NCBI GenBank assembly: GCA_964658305.1
Contig: OZ210884.1
Span: 7,068,001 to 7,132,000, forward strand
Source of the DNA: Leptogorgia sarmentosa
Lineage: Eukaryota
Reading direction: 5' to 3'
DNA: 64,000 nucleotides
The notes below the pieces were generated by a model. That model did no database searches and was not told where the DNA came from. It saw only the letters and a program-made list of their open reading frames with translations. Both the position numbers and the translations under genes were made by a program. Numbering within the stretch: position 1 is the stretch's first letter; every line of letters begins with the position of its first letter. Below are positions 11,501-22,629 of this stretch, in pieces.

Positions 11501-14500
11501 CAGAAAGGGTTTTCGTACAAACGTAGCTGTTGTGTTTGTAATGTAGCGTGGACTTCTGCAGCTTGTTGAAAATCTCCTTTTTTTTTGCAGTACTCGAAGG
11601 TATCTGACAGCGAGTACATGGTATGTTCTGGTTCTTCCTTTACTTCTTTAAGTCCCTGGTCGCTAGCATGTCTGTTCTGTTGCATGGCAATATCTGTTTT
11701 CTTGTCTGACAATTCTTTCTTTCCTGAGATGTAAGGTTCAATGCACTTGAAAAGTTCAACCTTATGTGATGGTAATATCGTTCCGGATGACAATATCTTC
11801 TTCATAAGGTTGCATGCCTTTCGACAAGGTTCATCTTCTGTTTCAACGCTTTCTTGAACCTCGTTAAACAACTGACTTGCCGTCTTGTTCAAAGACATGG
11901 CTTTCAAAAAGTTACCAGAGGTGTAACACAGCACAGCGAGAAAAGTGAAACATTTGGCAGCATTTGTTTGGGCTGTAGGGTTTGGTAAAAAAATCTTGTC
12001 ATTCAATGAAGATAAAAAGAACGCGGAAACACGTTCAATTGTGTCGTTACCGCTGGGGTTCATGAAAGATGTGAATGCCCACAACATCAATGTTGTTGTT
12101 ATTTGCTCATGAAATGGGTTTGATGAATATAGTTCCAATTCCATTTCAATCTGAGACTCTCTGTATTGCATACAAGCTTGCAAATCTTTTGACATCATGC
12201 ACGTTCGCGAAAGCTCACCATAAATTTTTGCGACCACTTCATGCGATTTATTTTTTCCGTACACAACTTTGCTGACTTTTAAAGCTTCCAACAGGAGATC
12301 CATTTCCATTTTTAGGTCTGATAACCCATACAGTGAAGCCAGACCTCGAAAATAACCAACAGTTGTCGAGTCAACTTGCCCTGCTTCCACATGTTGCCGT
12401 AAAATATCAGCGACCTGATCATAATGACTTCGTTGAGCCTGCCAGGTTTGTTGTGAAGGCGTTGAAATTGAGTTGACAATGCCATGACTAGAAACTCCTC
12501 CCGCCAATGCGCCAAGTACTATCTTCAACGAAATCTCCCTGAACGGTAGTCTCTTGGAAATGTTATATTCTTCTTTGCATATGTTCAGGGCTTCATTGTA
12601 GCACAGTCGAGCAAGACTGATCTCAGAAATACTTTCGCACATGTCTCCAATGCCCGCAAGAATGGAATACTTCGTATCACTTGCAGGCAATTTTTTAGCC
12701 GAAGTGTAAGCTTCTTTCAAATATTTTGTTGCTTCGGACACACTGCCTTCTATGATTGATGCTTCAGAAAGGCCAAGTGAACATCGTAAAACGATCAAAA
12801 CATTTGCATTATCTTCCACCAGAAAATCCATCGCTTCCGAGTAGTACTTTCTAGCTTCTGGTGCCAGATTTTGTGCTAAATAAAGTTGGCCGAGAACTAA
12901 AAGACAGACAGTTTTTTCTCGTTTTTGTTGAGGGTCTGAGGTGAACGTATGAAGCTCTTCTTCCAGCAGTTCGATTCCTTCCTTTGTTTTTTGAATTTCA
13001 CACAAAGTCTCGGCAACTTTACTGATCATTTCTGATCTCTTTTGTCTACAGGTAAAATTTACCAAACATTCTTGTGCATCCTGGGCAGCTTTCCAAGCTT
13101 CTCCTGGACTTTGCTTAGAATACAAGATGGTGGCTAATTTGCAGTATAACAAACAATCTAACTCTTTTTCTTTTTCACTTTTGGTGCCAGTAGTTACCCT
13201 TAAACCATTCTCAACATAGCGCAAAGCTTCGTCCGTGATGTTTCCCATTTTGTGGCTCAATAACGCCAATTCCAGATACGTTTCTTTAATAAGCAACTTA
13301 GTCTTTATCCCACCAAACGACTCAAACCGATGCACCAATAATTTGTAGTAGAATTCGCTTTCTGCACACATTGACAGATTCCTCGCGATCAAACCAAGAA
13401 ATTGCAATGATTTCCTCATATTTACGTTCGATCTGGCTCCATAAAGCAAATGTCCCATGCTCAATGCTCTTTGAAAACGATGGTAAGCCAAGTCCAATTT
13501 ACCTTGATGAAACAAGAACTCACCAAGCCTGTTTAACCAGACAATACTTTTTGTGGTTACGCCTTCTTCCTCGATGAAAGAACTCACTTTCACAACCACT
13601 GAGTCGATTACGATTTGCTGACTATCCTCTACAAAATATTTCAAAACTGGAAATTTCAACATAAACAACATGAGCAACTCGTCTCTCTCGCTTTTCTCTG
13701 AAGTTAAACATTGCAACGCGATAAGTCCCTTCGCTACTACAAAGTATTTCTGACAGTTGAAAGTTTCCTGAGCAAAAAGCAACCCATCGACCAACTGCTG
13801 ACATTCCTCCATATCCACGGCATCAATTAGTCGTGTAAATTCCGGGACAGTTTCGTCATCATCGTCATCCAACTGGGAGAAATTTTCGACTATCTTCTCT
13901 AACAAATTATCCAACTTTTCTCGAATCTTATCGGACTCTTCTGTGTTGTGGGTGGCAAAAAGTGCAACACGTATTCGGCGAATTTCGGCGCTCAGATTTT
14001 CTGGATTATCTTGAAGTGCATGGTCATAGCATCTGATGGCGTCGTCGTATTTTAACAAGCGACAATATATGTGACCCATCGTCATGTCAGAGTCGTCAAA
14101 GAATGAACGGTTTTCGAGCGAGGGCGGTACATTATCGGATGTTTTGAACTTGCGCAGTTCATCATACAAAGGAATGGCAACAAAGAAGAAATGAAACAGT
14201 TCTTCGTCATTCGACAAGAGATAAACAGAAGCTACTTTCCCTGTATCTTCCTTTGGATCTGAACTTAACTGTTCTCCTTGTTTTCCAGCCCTCGAATAAG
14301 TGGACAGTCTTAGTTTAATTGCAATGGCCGAAGCGCTTGCCAAGTTATCCCTTGCTTCGGATGAAATTACCTTTCTCGTGTATAGTTTATCGAGTATATC
14401 AAAACTACGGCTTGCTTCAACTTCGTAGCATTTCGCTAGGGCAGCAAATACACGATCTGTTAAACGATAAATTTCTTTTTTCACATCGTAAAACTTACCC

Positions 14501-16919
14501 TCGTCCATGTCGTTATTCCCGGTCATCATATGCTCATATCGAGATAAGTCGTCGAGGAGAATTCGCAGGCCTCGGCAGGATCCTCGTGTAGGCCACACAT
14601 CAGAAGAAGCGTAATGTTGACAGGATTCCGCATCACATGGACTGGACAAGATTTTGTCCATCTCCCTACGATAAGCGTCAACCAATACAGATTTTTCCGA
14701 CCGCAAAGGAGCGAAAGTCGTCAAGGTGTCAGCTAAACTCCAATTCTTCTCGTACCATTCGTTGCTCTGGAACTCTGCCATCTTCTCTGGTGTGTGAATC
14801 AGCTCAAAATCCTGCATATTTCCCAAAGGTATTTTACACGCTCCAGGGAGAAAACCATCAAACGAAACTCCTCTTGTAGTCACGTCATCATAAAACCATT
14901 CGCCATTAATTGCTTCGATATTCATGCTGGGTAAAATGGTTTCTCCGAGGTTTATAACCTAGAAATAAATATTGGCAGTTTGCATACAGAAGGCATTAAC
15001 CTTGTGTGACTTATACTGTCACCTATGTCGTCAAGCGTACAGACGCGATGTCTCTAAAGGTAAAATTCTTGCAGCTTGTTAACAAGATAATTTGCATCGC
15101 TTGTTCCCAGTTGTTGAGAAGTCTGGTACAAATTTATATCATCTTGTAACAAGGTTGATGCATATGACGCCAACAGTCTCCCAACAAGTTGCTTTATTAA
15201 GTGTGATATCGTCTGCACGTAACAAGTGGTTATAACAAGTTGATGACAAAAAGCTGGTAGTAAACTAAGCCTGTATTAATATTGTTCGAAAAACTTGCAG
15301 GAATTAAGTCTGTTGCCATCATTGATCTTGTAACAAGGTGACGACAACTCAAATGTATTTGCTGCTTAATTCGGCATGACAAACCGCTGAACATTCTACG
15401 TAAGTTTCAAATACTCGCCTACCTGCAAATGAACTAAATTTGTCAAATTTCGGAAGAAAACTTTGCATTCCTCTTCTTCTGAGCTTGTGAGAATAGCCCA
15501 TTCGAAATCTGAGTACGGCGTTGTTTCATTTCTTGCTAAAGAACCAAAAACAATCACTTCATAATTACAAGGTGGAGTTCCAAGTAAAGCCAAACATTCG
15601 TCAATTATTGATGCGAAGAACTGCTTCATTTTATCTGAGACTGTACCAGACAACTTTTTCATTTCTTCCGTTTGATCTTTAAATATCTGTCGCGCTTCAC
15701 ATTCGTTTAATCCTCCCTGATTGCTTGAGGAACATCGAGATTCCAGAGATTCCAACAGCTCCTTTACTTCATTTCTCAAATTCTTCAGTTCATTTCTTTT
15801 ACATTCTGCATCGAATCTACTTTGAAGTGGATTCCCTATGCATAAGGTAATCATATTGTCTTGGATATCGAGTAACTTACGGGAGACGAGTTTCGGTAGT
15901 TTTTTTGACAGTTCGTCATCAGTGTCCATTGATCTTAAATAATTGTGGACGAAATTGTACAACGCGGCTGCTTGAAGAAGATATCGTTGCTTTTGTAGCA
16001 ATTCTCTGCCTTCAGCTTTCTTCTCTAGGATTTCAGCCAAGTAAAAATACGGTTCAGGACTTTTTCTGCTGGAGTTGTCGAACGTACTTGTGCGCATAGC
16101 ATTGACGAAGAATTTTTCCGCAATTACTAATTCACCTTTCGCCAAAGCCCGTTTTGCAATACCAATCGATTCGGCAGGATTTGGCTGTAAAAAATTAAAA
16201 TATTTCGTCAGAGACAGTTAGGAATGAATGTGACTAATTTTTTCAGACTCTTTTTAACCGACGTGACCAATTATAGATCATGAGTTATGGTAGTTAACTG
16301 AGCTATATGGTTCTTGGAATCAACAAACAGGAAAAGCTCCACGTACTGTCTACCTACATTTTGGCTATAGACGTTTCGAGAAAAGATCCTTCGCTGGGAA
16401 TTTATTACAGACGTCGTTGCCGCAGCAGATATTTTATAGCCACTGTACAATGTTTGAATTGACCATAGCAAAAAAGATGGCGGCATGTACATTTTACCAG
16501 AATGCATTGCGGTCTGAAGTCGTTCAGAAAAGCAGATTAACGTCTTTTGAAGAACAGACAGAAGACATTAAGTTATTTTCTTACTAGTGTAGAATTTCTA
16601 CCCGTTAGCTATGCTTCTTGTAATATTTTTTTTCCGCTGTATGTATTTAATACCAGCAATGCATTCTGGTAAATTTTACATGGCGCCATCTTTTTTGCTA
16701 TGGTCAATTACCTATATGAAAATATTGCCGTATTAGCGTTCTGATTCTTCATATGATTTTTTTCACCAGTTTAGTACAATTATGCCAACTCACTTATGAA
16801 AGAGATAGATGATTCACTAATAAAACCATCGACTTCAAATAACACCTTGCGAAAGATTATTCTTTATTGAGAAGCAATCTCGAAGCTCTTACCTTTTTGA
16901 CAGGATTTTCATCTTTCAT
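8545..16919 (-). CDS. Large (~2,400 aa) nucleotidyltransferase (GlnD/DUF294-like) plus TPR-repeat protein
   Basis: Coding exons 16919-16893 (MKDENPVKK), 16184-15423 and 14958-8545, all GT-AG and phase 0. Pol-beta-fold motif FGSLARNETTPYSDFEW, then VINLGET, SFDG and a helical DVKKEIYR...LRLSTY segment, followed by many TPR-like helix pairs (e.g. YDDAIRCYDHAL, LDLAYHRFQRAL, IDAAIQCYERCI, YEEAAEHFEKVI). Confidence 0.88.
10575..10828 (-). repeat. In-frame 9-bp coding tandem repeat encoding (SDA/SDR)n, about 28 units
   Basis: Units AGTGATGCT, AGTGATGCC and AGTGATCGT on the minus strand, inside the large exon. Confidence 0.95.
16457..16709. mobile_element. MITE with ~50-bp terminal inverted repeats in an intron of the NTase-TPR gene
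   Basis: AATTGACCATAGCAAAAAAGATGGCG...CCAGAATGCATTGC at the left is matched by its near-perfect reverse complement at ~16655-16709. Confidence 0.8.
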
Positions 16920-17711
16920 TATTACACGTAAAAATAAGTTAGTAAAATCTAGAAAAGAATACGCACATAAAAGACTTTTCTATATTATCTGACCATTGCA
17001 TTGCGAGTTTCAAAAGTCCCCATCCCCCAAGGAATTTAAATGCGCCCCTGCCAGTCATATGAAAGATTTCGTGGTAACAGTATTTGGTTTTGCACATTTA
17101 TTTAGTTTACCTTTTCGAGAGCTGTGCAAGGAGGATCTGTTTCTATGCAAAAGTCTTTCAAAATCTAAATATTCACAAATTCATGAATACAAATGATAAA
17201 AATATTCTAGTGCATTTTTTTGTTTGTCAGTTTTGTCAACAGAAATGGTGATGTACCAGTGGCGTAGCCAGAAATGTGTCCCCAATGTCGTTAAAAGTTA
17301 ATTTGTTGAATCTACACCTTTTTTCTGGGTTGGCTTAATCGTACATCGATCAAGGATAGAAACAGTATTTATTAAATTATTGACTATCCGATTTACTGCA
17401 AATTGTGTTTCACATATTCAAATTTAAAGCGATTGTTTCCTATGAAAGCCAACATTTTGTGCCATGGTAAAATTTCCTAATTTTAATGCCTGTCTGTAAT
17501 ACAGGACAAACCCGCAAGTGCATACCATAGTCAGGTGATGTGTATTGCCCAAAAAACGTTTCATGAAGACTTTTCAAAGATTTTTCAGCATTCTCCGTCT
17601 CTGTTGCCATCTGATTCAGTATTTAATGAGGCAAACAGTCTAAAAAATACAACAACAAAAACTTGTATTGATATTGTTATTTTTCCCAACAATAATTACA
17701 TGTTCATTTAA

Positions 17712-17992
17712 AGGAGCTGTGGCACCATCAGTGCATCTTTTCTGTGCATATAGCTAGCTTGAATTTCAGGATATGTCTCAAACTGTACGAAAACACTTCA
17801 TGTGTCATGGTGTCGTCGGTAAACACAGAAATAATGCACGTGAATTGATTTAAACATGAAAATATCTCGGATTGTTCAAACTAATTGAAAACGTTGGGCC
17901 AACGTTAACACCACGACACTAGAAGTATTTCCTGGCAGTTTCTGATATATTACGAAGTTAAAACAAAATGCGCAGACCGCGACACACCTCCT
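17712..17992. mobile_element. Kolobok-type MITE (TTAA TSD, AGG...CCT termini)
   Basis: TTAA at 17708-17711 and 17993-17996. Imperfect TIRs AGGAGCTGTGGC / GCGACACACCTCCT and internal inverted similarity. Confidence 0.65.
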
Positions 17993-19319
17993 TTAATGTC
18001 AGCATGCAATCATCAGATAAAATTTGGGAATCCATCGATTGTCAAGTGTTTGTGGGTGTAGCAACAGCAAAATATATTTCGAAACATGCTGTGATAAACT
18101 CGTGATCTCAATGTCTGCTTGTGGTCGGCTTTTGAACTTCCCGTCTGAGAATTGTACAATTTCCGAATTTGCTCGTTCGAGCATCGCCTCTCTCAAATGA
18201 CTGCTCGCGAATGAGTGCAAATACACGTGCCCTCAATGAATGATCCGAGGTTAAGCATGACAAAATTAAATTATATGACTAATATGAGCAAACAATTTGA
18301 AAACAAGTGCGAAAAACGTCCCGCCAACTTTCAATGTCATACGATAAATAAATAAATACAAAGCATTTACACGATCGATATTTAAATACGGCATAAAAAC
18401 GATTCAGACATGGGCCAAATTGGTGTTTTTTGTGCTGTTTTTCAGCGGTTCTACTGTCTTCGATTTGGAGTTTTTTAATCGGTAGAAATGTTTAAGAAGA
18501 GAAAAGTATAAATTCATTAATCTTGGTGTCCCGTTTACGGAAGATCTCAATGAAAAGGTGTCAAATAACTTAGAGTGGACCTGTAAGCGCCGCAACAAAT
18601 ATTGCTTTCAATCTGTTGTATGAGTAAAGATGTCGAATTGTCATTTAAATAAAATCACCTCACACTCACGTTTGGCTGAGCGGTGCTTCGTCTCGCTTGT
18701 TGCCTCTTGCCGGACGCTCGCTAGTACGTAGCTACTAATAGCCAATGTACGTGGTTATTTGGAATTATGGCGACACACAGTGTCGAAGAATTCGAGGAAG
18801 AATTCCTGTCCTGTGAGACGGTGAAACGACAGCTCTCCCAGTTGCCCTGTACATGTTATTTTACTGCTCTTCCCAAACCTCACGAATTTAAAAAATGCAA
18901 ATACAGTATAACCGCTATCACGAACTCTCAAGGGCAACGAAAATTTGTTCGAGATAGCGGGAGTTTGACATAGCGAGGGTTGATATAAATGTACTATGAG
19001 TTTCAAGGGAACTGGCTTTCAGTTCGAGATAACGCGAGATTTGAGATAACCGAGTTCAAGATAGCGGAATTCTACATCTACTGTACTCACAAAATTTAGT
19101 ATACAGTTACTATCCAGAAGTCTATACAGGTGAAAAAATTCAATATAGTATGCAACATTTCATCACAATTTGACCTAATCACCTATATCAAACGAAATAA
19201 CTCTTTCTTTATGAAGCAACTGGTTTCAGGATGTTAGACACGGTATGAATGCAAACGTTGTGTTGCTCATAAAACGAGCGAGACTCCAGCACGAGAATAT
19301 TGTCTCAAATGGAAGTAAA
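17956..19319 (+). repeat. Local direct duplication, copy 1 (~1.36 kb)
   Basis: Near-identical to 20582-21925; paired short ORFs appear in the ORF track. Copy 1 has 9-bp and 12-bp extra segments. Confidence 0.95.
18904..19083. mobile_element. pogo/Tigger-like MITE remnant (TA TSD); second copy at 21510-21689
   Basis: TA|CAGT...ACTG|TA ends with internal GTTCGAGATA(A/G)C subrepeats. Confidence 0.6.
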
Positions 19320-19590
19320 GAGGAGGTCTATTAAAATTCTTGTCAACCAGTATATAGGACTGTATTTAGATTTTTATGTATAGTAACTGTATGTGACATC
19401 GCCAGTATAGCAGCACCGACCAACGACCAACATTTATACGAGAATGTCTAGTTTGCCTTGTTCGAGACGCGTATTATCTAAGACACCAACAACAGGTATT
19501 TTGTACGGTTTATAGGTCAAGCTTGCGTCTTATGTAAATCACACCTTATAAACGAGTTTAAATGGCCCTAACAGCGTTTCAAATGATTAC

Positions 19591-19770
19591 CTTTGAGACT
19601 TAATTTTGCCAATCCAAACGTCGGAAGAGTTTCAATGATCTTGGTCTCAGTTTGTGTATTATTCTTACAAATTCTCTGAAGCTCCAAGTTTATTTACTTT
19701 CCTTGAATTCGAAATTCGTCGAACAAGAGCGAGTCCATCCTATGACCTAAAGTGCGCACTCGTTTATATA
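19591..19770 (-). promoter_or_regulatory. Candidate TATA promoter and first exon of the NTase-TPR gene
   Basis: TATATAAA on minus at 19763-19770, then ~150 nt ending in donor AAAG|GTAATC (19590). A matching acceptor TTTTCTAG lies 29 nt upstream of the ATG (exon start 16948). Confidence 0.45.
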
Positions 19771-20032
19771 TACTGTGTATGAGCTACATTTAGAAGATTA
19801 GGTAATCGTAAGATGTTATTTGGACATCTGTTTTTATATTCAATTAAGGTAAGTCCATACTCAAAAATATTGACTTAGTTTGAAGCCCACGCACACCGGA
19901 CGCGATTCGGCAACTTGACGCTATTGTTCAGTTTTCAGAAGCAAAATTATCAGTATTAAAAATGCTAGATGCGCAACCAGGATTCATAATAAAGTTTTGA
20001 AACGTTCTCTAATCATAAAGTTTTTTATTAGG

Positions 20033-20073
20033 TACGAGCTTTCGACTGCCAGTCTGCAGTCTTCGACAGGTAG
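20033..20073 (-). ncRNA. Minimal hammerhead-ribozyme-like motif in a Penelope-type terminal-repeat fragment (variant core)
   Basis: Minus strand reads TAC-CTGTCGA-A-GACTGC-agactg-GCAGTC-GAAA-GCTC-GTA, followed by AATAAA. Stem II is perfect, but the core has CUGUCGA instead of CUGANGA. Confidence 0.55.
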
Positions 20074-20581
20074 AATGACACTAAGGGAGCGGTCATAAAG
20101 TAACTACCAGGGTAGGCCGGAAGGAATATGGATGGGCCATGAAATTATTTTCATCAACATAGATGGGTCACAAGAATTCTTTGTGGTTACTGGGAAACCA
20201 GATGCAGGAAACATTCGCATTTGTATAATTAATATGCAAAACTTCCTGCGACGTGTTACTTTCATGTAAGGTCATTCAGTTTGATATAATGTCAGTTATA
20301 GAAAAATGAGTTTATTGTTGGTGTTATTTCATCTGAGGTATAAAAGTGGTAATTTACTATATACAGTATTTTGCATTTTAGGATTGCAAATCATGTTTTA
20401 ATACGTGTTTAATAATTTAGTAAGTGAGTATGTAAAAACTTGTGTCCATGCACATGTTTACTTGACAAATTTTCTTAACGGCATATAGAAGTTTTAACTT
20501 GAAAATCAGGGGGAGGTTGCCATTACGCTGTTTCCCATTATGTCATTACGCATTACGTCATTACGCTGTTTACTAACACCC

Positions 20582-21925
20582 AGTTAAAACAATATGCGCA
20601 GACCGCGACACACCTCGTTTAATGTCAGCATGCAGTCATCAGAAAAAATTTGGGAATCCATCAATTGTCAAGTGTTTGTGGGTGTACCAACAGCAAAATA
20701 TATTTCCAAACATGCTGTGATAAACTCGTGATCTCAATGTCTGCTTGTGGTCGGCTTTTGAACTTCCCGTCTGAGAATTGTACAATTTCCGAATTTGCTC
20801 GTTCGAGCATCGCCTTTCTCAAATGACTGCTCGCGAATGAGTGCAAATACACGTGCCCTCAATGAATGATCCGAGGTTAAGCATGACAAAATTAAATTAT
20901 ATGAGCAAACAATTTGAAAACAAGTGCGAAAAACGTCCCGCCAACTTTCAATGTCATACGATAAATAAATAACTACAAAGCATTCACACGATCGATATTT
21001 AAATATGGCATAAAAACGATTCAGACATGGGCCAAATTGGTATTTTTTGTGCCTTTTTTTCAGCGGTTCTACTGTCTTCGATTTGGAGTTTTTTAATCGG
21101 TAGAAATGTTTAAGAAGAGAAAAGTATAAATTCATTAATCTTTGTGTCCCGTTTACGGAAGATCTCAATGAAAAGGTGTCAAATAACTTAGAGTGGACCT
21201 GTAAGCGCCGCAACAATTATTGCTTTTAATCTGTTGCATGAGTAAAGATGTCGAGTTGTCATTTAAATAAAATCTCCTCACACTCATGTTAGGCTGAGCG
21301 GCACTTCGTCTCGCTTGTTGCCTCTTGCCGGACGCTCGCTAGTACGTAGCTACTAATAGCCAATGTACGTGGTTATTTGGAATTATGGCGACACACAGTG
21401 TCGAAGAATTCCTGTCCTGTGAGACGGTGAAACGACAGCTCTCCCAGTTGCCCTGTACATGTTATTTTACTGCTCTTCCCAAAACTCACGAATTTAAAAA
21501 ATGCAAATACAGTATAACCGCTATCACGAACTCTCAAGGGCAACGAAAATTTGTTCGAGATAGCGGGAGTTTGACATAGCGAGGGTTGATATAAATGTAC
21601 TATGAGTTTCAAGGGAACTGGCTTTCAGTTCGAGATAACGCGAGATTTGAGATAACCGAGTTCAAGATAGCGGAATTCTACATCTACTGTACTCACAAAA
21701 TTTAGTATACAGTTACTATCCAGAAGTCTATACAGGTGACAAAATTCAATATAGTATGCAACATTTCATCACAATTTGACCTAATCACCTATATCAAACG
21801 AAATAACTCTTTCTTTATGAAGGAACTGGTTTCAGGATGTTAGACACGGTATGAATGCAAACGTTGTGTTGCTCATAAAACGAGCGAGACGCCAGCACGA
21901 GAATATTATCTCAAATGGAAGTAAA
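20582..21925 (+). repeat. Local direct duplication, copy 2
   Basis: Matches 17956-19319 and ends exactly where the LTR starts (21926). Confidence 0.95.
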
Positions 21926-22500
21926 TGTAGGCCTTTGCTGATCTTGCTTCCCCGATTTCGCTTCTTGGACCTACAGGGGGTTGACTTAGCGTTTCGCGGG
22001 AGGCTTGAGGAGTTTCGAACTTCGCTGATTTAGCTCAATAACACAGATGTGATAATGATAGATATTTATTTCGATATGGATTCAATGTTCATCAGTTGTG
22101 CGAGTTCGAACTAAAGGTGGCAAATAAACTATACTAAACCTTAGGTTAATTAATACACATTACACAAGTCATGCAAGTCATGCAACAGTTCATGATACTG
22201 TTCAACACGTTAAATAGCCAGTAATGCAAAATAACAAAACAATATAATACAAGAATAAATTGCTCTTACTTTGGTCTCCTCTCTACGGTCGTTGAATATA
22301 GCTGCTTAGCCCGAATCGATTTCAATATAACAGCGGTGTGACTGTAATAGTCCTCTCTACTTGCAATCAGATCTTGTTCTATCTCGCTATCTCGCATGCA
22401 TGTTAACTTATAATGTCACGTCACTGATGTTATAGGATTAACTAATTAATTAATTATTAAATTGCTATAAATTGGAATTATTGGATGTTTCAAACTAACA
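21926..22500 (-). repeat. 3' LTR (575 bp)
   Basis: TGTAGGCC...AACTAACA on plus. About 15 differences by eye from the other LTR once its insertion is removed. Confidence 0.95.
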
Positions 22501-22629
22501 TTCCGGCCCCTTAAAGGCGGTATACTAGAGCCTTTACAAATTAAAACTAGTTTGAAATAACGTCATGCATGTCCAAAAATAAAAGGTAGGTAAATGTCAA
22601 ATGCTATACTCATCCCATGTCCTTTCTGA

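Noticed and set aside
8545..16184. Bacterial contamination as the source of the NTase-TPR ORF
   Set aside because: The gene has phase-consistent spliceosomal introns containing host-type repeats and sits among animal genes.
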